DNA from: Thermofilum adornatum
GTDB lineage: Archaea; Thermoproteota; Thermoprotei; Thermofilales; Thermofilaceae
Length of the DNA stretch: 32,000 nucleotides
Direction of reading: 5' to 3'
Assembly: GCF_000446015.1 (NCBI RefSeq)
Contig: NC_022093.1
Location: forward strand, 870,001-902,000
The position numbers were made by a program, and so were the translations under genes. Below are positions 7,759 through 13,497 of the stretch, in pieces. The stretch's first letter is position 1, and each line of letters begins with the position of its first letter. A model generated the notes under the pieces. The model made no database searches, had not been told where the DNA came from, and worked only from the letters and a program-made list of their open reading frames with translations.

Positions 7759-8478
7759 ATGAGCGATATTGTTGCCTTTGGAAGTGGCTATAAAGGTGGA
7801 ACAGGAAAAAGTGTACTATCGAGTTTGGTTGGATATACGCTTGCTGTGAATGGGAGAAAGGTTCTGCTAGTCGACTTGGGCGAGTACGGTAGTAGCACAA
7901 ACCTTTGCCTAGAGGAAGATCCCGGACCCCCATACTTGTCAGATTTCTTTTGGGGAAAAGCCACGTGGAGAGACGTCATAGTTGAAAGCAGTTATTCGTC
8001 CAACCTCTGGATAGCTCCAAGCTCCAAGGAACAAGGACCAATAGACGCGGAAAGCCTAGAATACCTACTGGACAACGCTAGTAAATATGTGGACTACGTA
8101 ATACTCGACCTGCCGTCTTATCCAGGGACACTTCTTGACCCCATAGTGTTGCTAGCAGACATAATTGTACTTGTAACCAACCCAGATAGGCTCTCTATAC
8201 TTGCTGTAAAAAACTGGATATCTACGCGTCCCTTTGCCAAAAACAATATCTTAAAAATTCCTGTTTTGAACAAATACCACTCTCTCTTGCACAAATGGCT
8301 GGACAAGATGCGAGAGGAGTACGGTGTAGTATTTCCCATAAGCTTTGACCCGGCTTTGACATTTACTTTTACAGAGACAATAAAGGAAGCCTACAGCCTA
8401 ATAAGTAAAAGAACCAGGGAAGAGGTCATGCTACTTGTACAGAGAATAAACAAGCCCCTCCTAAAGGTGACTGGATAA
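7759..8478 (+). CDS. ParA/MinD-family ATPase (TadZ/CpaE-like position)
   Basis: Deviant Walker A GSGYKGGTGKSV, then VLLVDLG, then Walker B-like VILDLP. The stop overlaps the next start (TAATG at 8476-8480). Confidence 0.8.
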   Translation: MSDIVAFGSGYKGGTGKSVLSSLVGYTLAVNGRKVLLVDLGEYGSSTNLCLEEDPGPPYLSDFFWGKATWRDVIVESSYSSNLWIAPSSKEQGPIDAESLEYLLDNASKYVDYVILDLPSYPGTLLDPIVLLADIIVLVTNPDRLSILAVKNWISTRPFAKNNILKIPVLNKYHSLLHKWLDKMREEYGVVFPISFDPALTFTFTETIKEAYSLISKRTREEVMLLVQRINKPLLKVTG

Positions 8479-8846
8479 TGAGCCACAAAAGACCCCTAGT
8501 CAATGAAGGTCAACTAGAAGAGAAGCCTCGAGAAGAAACCTCCAGCAAGCCACAGTTATCAACGCCTAGACCTGCAATTCTACAAACAAGGACAGACAGA
8601 AGTGGCGGCAATACAAGTGGAGACTTCGTCCAAAAAGGTCTAGAGGGTTTCAAGGCGGTTCTACAGTCTCTGGGGCTTGATTCTTCGCTAGCCTCAAAGC
8701 TAGAAGAAAAATACTTTGCAATAGATGAGGAAATCAGGAAAATAAACGAGAAAATAGATTCACTAGAAAGGGAAAGAAACAAGCTCCTAGCAGACAAAGA
8801 GAAACTGACCAGACTCCTCAAAATGTTTTCAGAAATAAGAAGCTGA
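8478..8846 (+). CDS. Small protein with disordered N-terminal half and C-terminal coiled coil
   Basis: S/T/P/R-rich N-terminus. The C-terminus EEIRKINEKIDSLERERNKLLADKEKLTRLLKMF is heptad-like. Translationally coupled between two ATPase genes. Confidence 0.55.
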   Translation: MSHKRPLVNEGQLEEKPREETSSKPQLSTPRPAILQTRTDRSGGNTSGDFVQKGLEGFKAVLQSLGLDSSLASKLEEKYFAIDEEIRKINEKIDSLERERNKLLADKEKLTRLLKMFSEIRS

Positions 8847-8851
8847 AAAAC

Positions 8852-10006
8852 ATGAAGATAAAGTTTAGATTCAAAGATAAAAAAGAAAAAGAACTTATCC
8901 CAGTAGAGGACTCTATTCCAAGAGACTCGATACTTATAGACAAAAATCCCTTGGGCGCCCTGTTTATACGGGACTCCACACTGTCTGTGATTCCATTCAA
9001 GGATGACGACGTTTGGGGCCCATTGGGAGCTCTCTTCGCATCCGACAAGGTTGAGGAAGCCTGGATATTCAAAGACAAAATAATTGCGACGCTCAGTAAT
9101 CTTGGTCGAATACAGCTCTCGCTAGACAATCTCGACATACGGGTCGAGGACATAATTTCTCGTCTAATTGCTCATACAGGTGTAAATGTTTCCTTTAGAA
9201 ACCCGCGCGGCGTCGCCGAGTACGGTAACTGGAGGATAGCTATACAGCTCCACTCCGGCGGACAACTACACGTTGTAGCTACAAAGATAAAAAAGGTGCC
9301 GCCAATCACGGAGATCCTTCCCCCAGAGATAAGTGTAAAACTCCTCTTGTTGATCTTAAGGCCTAGCACAGTTATTATTAGTGGGCCCCCAGGAAGCGGA
9401 AAGACAACATTACTAAGTAGCATAGTGGGGACTCTAGGTCAGCTATTCCCCTGGCTCCACATAGCCATAGTCGAAAAATACAGGGAACTCGACTTTCAAG
9501 GAGGATGGTTTTCACACGTTGTAAGCGAAGATATAGCCGAAGGAGTCAGGTACTCAATGCGGTACCTCCGCCCAGACCTACTAGTCGTCGGAGAAATAAT
9601 GGCCGAGGACTTCTGGAGCCTCCTCGAGCCATCGAGAGCAGGCATCCCGACACTAACTACCTTCCATGCTCCCTCGGTCGAAAAAGCCGTAAGAACTCTC
9701 AGCGACGCGCTACAGGTACATCTCAAGGGCTCTCCAAACGTCTACACATACCTCGACATAATAGTAAACACAAAAAAACTTGTGACCATTGACGGTGTAA
9801 AAAGATTCGTAAACGCGATATACATCTCAGACGGACAGAGAATACTACCAATATACCTCGACGGCCAACCAGTCGACGACAAACTACTCGAAAAAGCACT
9901 CCCAGACAAACTCTACATAGGCGACACAAAACAAGTAGAAGAAACCCTCCTCAGGCACCTCGTAAAAACCCACGTAGACAACAGAGTCCAAGCAAAGGTC
10001 ACATAG
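8852..10006 (+). CDS. Type II/IV secretion-family hexameric ATPase (VirB11/PilT/TadA/FlaI class)
   Basis: Walker A ISGPPGSGKTTLLSS, Asp/Walker B box RYLRPDLLVVGEIMAEDFW and His box TLTTFHAPSVEKAVRTL. The N-terminal domain carries a GNWRIAIQL...VVATKIKK pattern typical of this family. Confidence 0.8.
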   Translation: MKIKFRFKDKKEKELIPVEDSIPRDSILIDKNPLGALFIRDSTLSVIPFKDDDVWGPLGALFASDKVEEAWIFKDKIIATLSNLGRIQLSLDNLDIRVEDIISRLIAHTGVNVSFRNPRGVAEYGNWRIAIQLHSGGQLHVVATKIKKVPPITEILPPEISVKLLLLILRPSTVIISGPPGSGKTTLLSSIVGTLGQLFPWLHIAIVEKYRELDFQGGWFSHVVSEDIAEGVRYSMRYLRPDLLVVGEIMAEDFWSLLEPSRAGIPTLTTFHAPSVEKAVRTLSDALQVHLKGSPNVYTYLDIIVNTKKLVTIDGVKRFVNAIYISDGQRILPIYLDGQPVDDKLLEKALPDKLYIGDTKQVEETLLRHLVKTHVDNRVQAKVT

Positions 10007-10010
10007 CACC

Positions 10011-11420
10011 TTGAACCCGGAAGAGTTCTTCAGAAAAGCAGGACTAAAACCAAGACCACTACAGCTAGAAGCAGCCAAACAGCTCGCCGAAATGATCGAC
10101 ACAGGTTCAGTAGGCTTCCAGGCTCCCACCGGTTTCGGAAAAACAATTACAGTTCTAGCCGCGATATCACTTGCAGACGCGTTTCCAGTAACTTGGAGAG
10201 TCCGAACATTCGACATAGCGAAACGGGTCTCTGATGACTGCGCGCTCTTAGGACTTCCATTCTATATAGCTGCTGGACGCGAAAAACTCTGTCCTCTAAA
10301 AGAAGAATATAAATCAAACACCTACTATTTTTGCAGGTTTCTAAAATTTAAGTGTCCATTCTTTAAAGGTTTGTCAAGTATCAAACCAGAAAACATTTTT
10401 AGTGTCGACTATGACCAGTTGTTAAGAAAGCTAAAGGGCACAGAGATTTGTCCTTACTATGCTCAGCTCTATCAGCAAGCTCACGTCTACATTATTCCCT
10501 ATAGTCTAGGTTTGTCATTCGACGTCAACTTAGAGGTAATTGATGAGGCACATAATATGGTACTTGATGTTTATAGTATTCCTGAGGCAAAACTTAGAGA
10601 AGCCTTAGCTGAATTGGATATTCACTACGAACCCACAGGAGACCTAATCCAGCAAGCATTCATTGAGACTGCCCAGATGAAGATCGTAGAGCTACTCGAA
10701 CAGGGAAAAATGCCACTCATTGCGGGAAGAGTAATAGCAATGCTTGCCAGGGGAACCTTTATTTGGCGAGAGGAGGGAGAGATACACATTCTGAAATTTA
10801 TTCGACCAAGGAAAAGAACGATTTTCGTAAGTGCAACACTAGAACCTTTACAAAAAATATACAATATACCTGTTTTAGAAATACCTGTTCAGAGAAAACC
10901 AGAAGCACTCATTGCAACGTGGATGACGACTAGATTTCATGAATGGGACTATAAGATGGCTAAGGAATATAATGATTTGATTTTTCTCCTCAGAAAACAT
11001 TTCCAAAGAATAGTTGTATTTGCTACTAAAAGAGTAGCTCGTAGCCTAAGGGCGGACTACGTGGAAGAAGCCCCCAGTGATTGGAAAGGTGTATTTCTAC
11101 TTTTTTCCCGTGGTAAAAAAGGTGAAGGAGTAAATATAGAATCAGAAGTTGTTGTCGTAGCAGGAGCCCCATATCTTCCACCTTTTATACACGTAGAGAA
11201 ACTTGGTTTAACTCATGATGATGTGGCAACAATCACGACGATACAGAATATTGGGCGCACCTTAAGGCATCCTGAAAACAACCCTTTGATCATACTAGCT
11301 GACGATCGTTTTCGAAAACTGAAACCCACACTAGATAGATACTATACAAACATAGAGACGGATGATCTACACTCGTTAGATAAAGCGATACAAAAATACA
11401 AAGCTTCCCATCCAAGCTAA
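10011..11420 (+). CDS. XPD/Rad3/DinG-family superfamily-2 helicase, compact (469 aa), with 4-Cys Fe-S cluster domain
   Basis: Motif I QAPTGFGKT. Cys ligands are C94-x13-C108-x6-C115-x31-C147 ending in CPYY. DEAH box VIDEAHN, then FVSATL, GEGVNI and QNIGRTLRH. TTG start 4 nt after the upstream stop. Confidence 0.75.
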   Translation: MNPEEFFRKAGLKPRPLQLEAAKQLAEMIDTGSVGFQAPTGFGKTITVLAAISLADAFPVTWRVRTFDIAKRVSDDCALLGLPFYIAAGREKLCPLKEEYKSNTYYFCRFLKFKCPFFKGLSSIKPENIFSVDYDQLLRKLKGTEICPYYAQLYQQAHVYIIPYSLGLSFDVNLEVIDEAHNMVLDVYSIPEAKLREALAELDIHYEPTGDLIQQAFIETAQMKIVELLEQGKMPLIAGRVIAMLARGTFIWREEGEIHILKFIRPRKRTIFVSATLEPLQKIYNIPVLEIPVQRKPEALIATWMTTRFHEWDYKMAKEYNDLIFLLRKHFQRIVVFATKRVARSLRADYVEEAPSDWKGVFLLFSRGKKGEGVNIESEVVVVAGAPYLPPFIHVEKLGLTHDDVATITTIQNIGRTLRHPENNPLIILADDRFRKLKPTLDRYYTNIETDDLHSLDKAIQKYKASHPS

Positions 11421-11470
11421 CATTTGCTGTGGCAACCGGTTATACTTTTCTTATATGTAAAGACTAATAA

Positions 11471-11827
11471 ATGGGGTTAGATACAAAGTGGAAGGTTGCT
11501 ATGTCTGAGACCACGCAATGCATGATACAGGGTTGCAACTCGGCGGCAGACATAATCATAGAACTGAAGGGTCAGCAACTAGTGCTCTGCAGGACGCATT
11601 TCAAGGGACTTATCAGCCGTCTTTCACGTGTTGCAGAGAGAAGCGGGGCGGCATATCCTTCCAGGATAAAGCTTGTAAAGATGGAAGATGGAAAAGTAAA
11701 ACTATTAATCAGGAAGACACGTAGCAAAAAGAAGAAAGAAGAGGAAGAAAAAGGTACCAAGAAAAAGGGAAAGAGCAAGAAAGGGAGAAAAGCCCGCTCA
11801 AAAAGCTCGAAGAAAACAAAAAAGTAG
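11471..11827 (+). CDS. Small protein with putative zinc finger and poly-lysine C-terminal tail
   Basis: CMIQGC...LCRTH (C-x4-C...C-x2-H) followed by KTRSKKKKEEEEKGTKKKGKSKKGRKARSKSSKKTKK. The alternative start ATG 11501 keeps both parts. Confidence 0.5.
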   Translation: MGLDTKWKVAMSETTQCMIQGCNSAADIIIELKGQQLVLCRTHFKGLISRLSRVAERSGAAYPSRIKLVKMEDGKVKLLIRKTRSKKKKEEEEKGTKKKGKSKKGRKARSKSSKKTKK

Positions 11828-11835
11828 AGATGATT

Positions 11836-12348
11836 CTACCCTTTTTCGTGTAGATGTAGGAGCATTGAAGCCTCGTCTGAGAGTATCTTCTCTAGCTGTT
11901 GGGCCACTTCCTCGCTAACCATCTTTTTATTTACGGCACTCTTTAGTTCTTCCTTTTTCTCTTCTATGTCCCCGGCTGAAAGACTAACTGGCAGTCCAGA
12001 TTTCACGCAGTGAGTAATATACATGAGGGTTATTTCTTCGTAGGCCAGCCACAGTGTTTGATATTCTTCTTTGAGTCTAGCTATCTCCTCCTGTAGTTCG
12101 TCAAGCTTCTTTTTCACTTTTTCTTCACTTAAAAGGCCGAGATCAAGCTTGAGACTTAGCTCCTCTGTAGTCCTCAGATCTGTCTCTAGTTTGACCCTGA
12201 CCTCGCTAAGCCTATCCAGTAAATCTATCCTGAAAGCCTCCCATTCACGCACAGTAGTCTTTACAAAGGTATAGTAGTTATTCCAGAGCTCCTCCGCTTT
12301 GAGAAAACTCTCTCTAAATCTTTCCAACTGTTCACGTAAGTGTTCCAT
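11836..12348 (-). CDS. Coiled-coil protein with SHOCT-like motifs, paralog of the C-terminal part of 12350..13132
   Basis: E/K/L-rich heptad sequence. Shares ELW-x2-Y-x7-V-x-EWE-x2-R and x-SEE-x motifs with the upstream gene. 1-nt gap to the upstream stop. Confidence 0.55.
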   Translation of the reverse strand: MEHLREQLERFRESFLKAEELWNNYYTFVKTTVREWEAFRIDLLDRLSEVRVKLETDLRTTEELSLKLDLGLLSEEKVKKKLDELQEEIARLKEEYQTLWLAYEEITLMYITHCVKSGLPVSLSAGDIEEKKEELKSAVNKKMVSEEVAQQLEKILSDEASMLLHLHEKG

Positions 12349-12349
12349 G

Positions 12350-13132
12350 TCACTCCACCTCTTCCTTTATTTTCTCTAAACGTTGAATCTTATCCTCAAG
12401 CTCGGCCCTGAGCCTCATGTAGACTTCTTCAGAGATGCTCCCACTCTTGAATCTTTCCTCTAGTTTTGACAAGGCAAGCCTCAGTTTGGCCAACTCTGGC
12501 TTCGCCTCTGCAACCTTAACACGCTTATAATGCGGCAAAACAACTCTATCAAGATCCGCGAGTTTCTTCGTCAAGGCCTCCTTTTCGCTATTTTTTTCCG
12601 CCAGCTTTTTCTCTAATCTCGAGATTAAGTCAATATACTCTTCCTCGCTGATCTTTCCTTCATCGAGTAATTTTTCTAGACGTCCCTTCTCACTTATATA
12701 TGCATTGATAACGGCCTCTAGACCTGCCAGTTCCCGCTTTATCTTGTCCCTAAGCTCTTCCCATTCCTCTACGACTCTCCTAGCTTCACTTTCATAACTT
12801 TCCCATAGCCTTGCGAGCTCGCTAGCCCTATCGATCAGCCTGTCCACCTCGTCTGTGAAGCGCTCCGCGGAGACTTCTGTCGGAGAAACAATGAGGGTTG
12901 GCATTTCAACAGTAGGGACAGTTGCTGGAGGTGCTTCCTGCTGTTTAATCTCTTCTTTCTCGACTTCTAAAGCCTTTTCGGCCTGCTTGTGCCTAATATA
13001 GAACGGGCATTCCCAGTATTCTAACAGGCACGGCATAAAAGCCGGGTCAATCTCGGCGTTGTCTGCAAACCTACAGTAAAACTTGCCCTTCTCGTCCTTG
13101 TATAAGCCTGGACACACAGTTGCACGCGACAT
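12350..13132 (-). CDS. 4-Cys N-terminal module plus coiled-coil/SHOCT-like repeat protein
   Basis: N-terminus C7-x12-C20-x14-C35-x6-C42-P, then a linker, then a long coiled coil with LLDEGKISEEEYIDLISRLEKKL and FKSGSISEEVYMRLRAELEDKI (SHOCT-like). Confidence 0.6.
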   Translation of the reverse strand: MSRATVCPGLYKDEKGKFYCRFADNAEIDPAFMPCLLEYWECPFYIRHKQAEKALEVEKEEIKQQEAPPATVPTVEMPTLIVSPTEVSAERFTDEVDRLIDRASELARLWESYESEARRVVEEWEELRDKIKRELAGLEAVINAYISEKGRLEKLLDEGKISEEEYIDLISRLEKKLAEKNSEKEALTKKLADLDRVVLPHYKRVKVAEAKPELAKLRLALSKLEERFKSGSISEEVYMRLRAELEDKIQRLEKIKEEVE

Positions 13133-13269
13133 ACCTTACCTATGGAAAATACTTACTAGCTCGAATTTATATGTATGCTTTACTAAACATACCTCATCGA
13201 GAAAAAGGCAACAATCGACAACATAAAAAACTTTAATCAAGACCCTGAATTCCCCAACATAGGGTTTGC

Positions 13270-13497
13270 ATGTCTAGCAAAGAAATGGCATGCCGCTACT
13301 TTAGACCTACATCTAGAGGTCAAAGATGCATCTTCATAGGAGTAAAGGAGTGGCGAATTATGTCGGAGAAGTATCTGCAATTCTGCAGACAAGGAGGGGC
13401 AGGATGCCCTATCCTAGCAAGTATCTCGCTTAAAATATCCTCCCAGAAGAACGGCTTCCTCAAGGTAGGTGCAAATGGTCTGCTTAAAGAAGGCTGA
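13270..13497 (+). CDS. Possible small 4-Cys protein (uncertain)
   Basis: C8-x11-C20-x18-C39-x6-C46-P resembles the Cys pattern of the divergent gene 12350..13132. The ORF ends overlapping the start of the membrane protein gene. There is no other support. Confidence 0.3.
   Translation: MSSKEMACRYFRPTSRGQRCIFIGVKEWRIMSEKYLQFCRQGGAGCPILASISLKISSQKNGFLKVGANGLLKEG

Noticed and set aside
8510-9153. Minus-strand Ser-rich ORFs 8510..8821 and 8818..9153
   Set aside because: They are antisense to the coupled plus-strand coiled-coil and ATPase genes. Their poly-S/L composition mirrors E/K-rich sense codons.
9496-10216. Arg/Cys-rich ORFs 9496..9726(-), 9505..9792(+), 9723..9929(-), 9884..10216(-)
   Set aside because: They fall in the GC-rich block inside the secretion ATPase and helicase genes. 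Their open frames are a by-product of GC-rich codons, and they have no motifs.
1106-11470. Integrated conjugative plasmid or ICE bounded by att repeats
   Set aside because: No integrase, relaxase, replication gene or tRNA is present. The only shared flank string I found (TTATACTT at 1151 and 11440) is an 8-mer inside TATA-like elements and is expected by chance.
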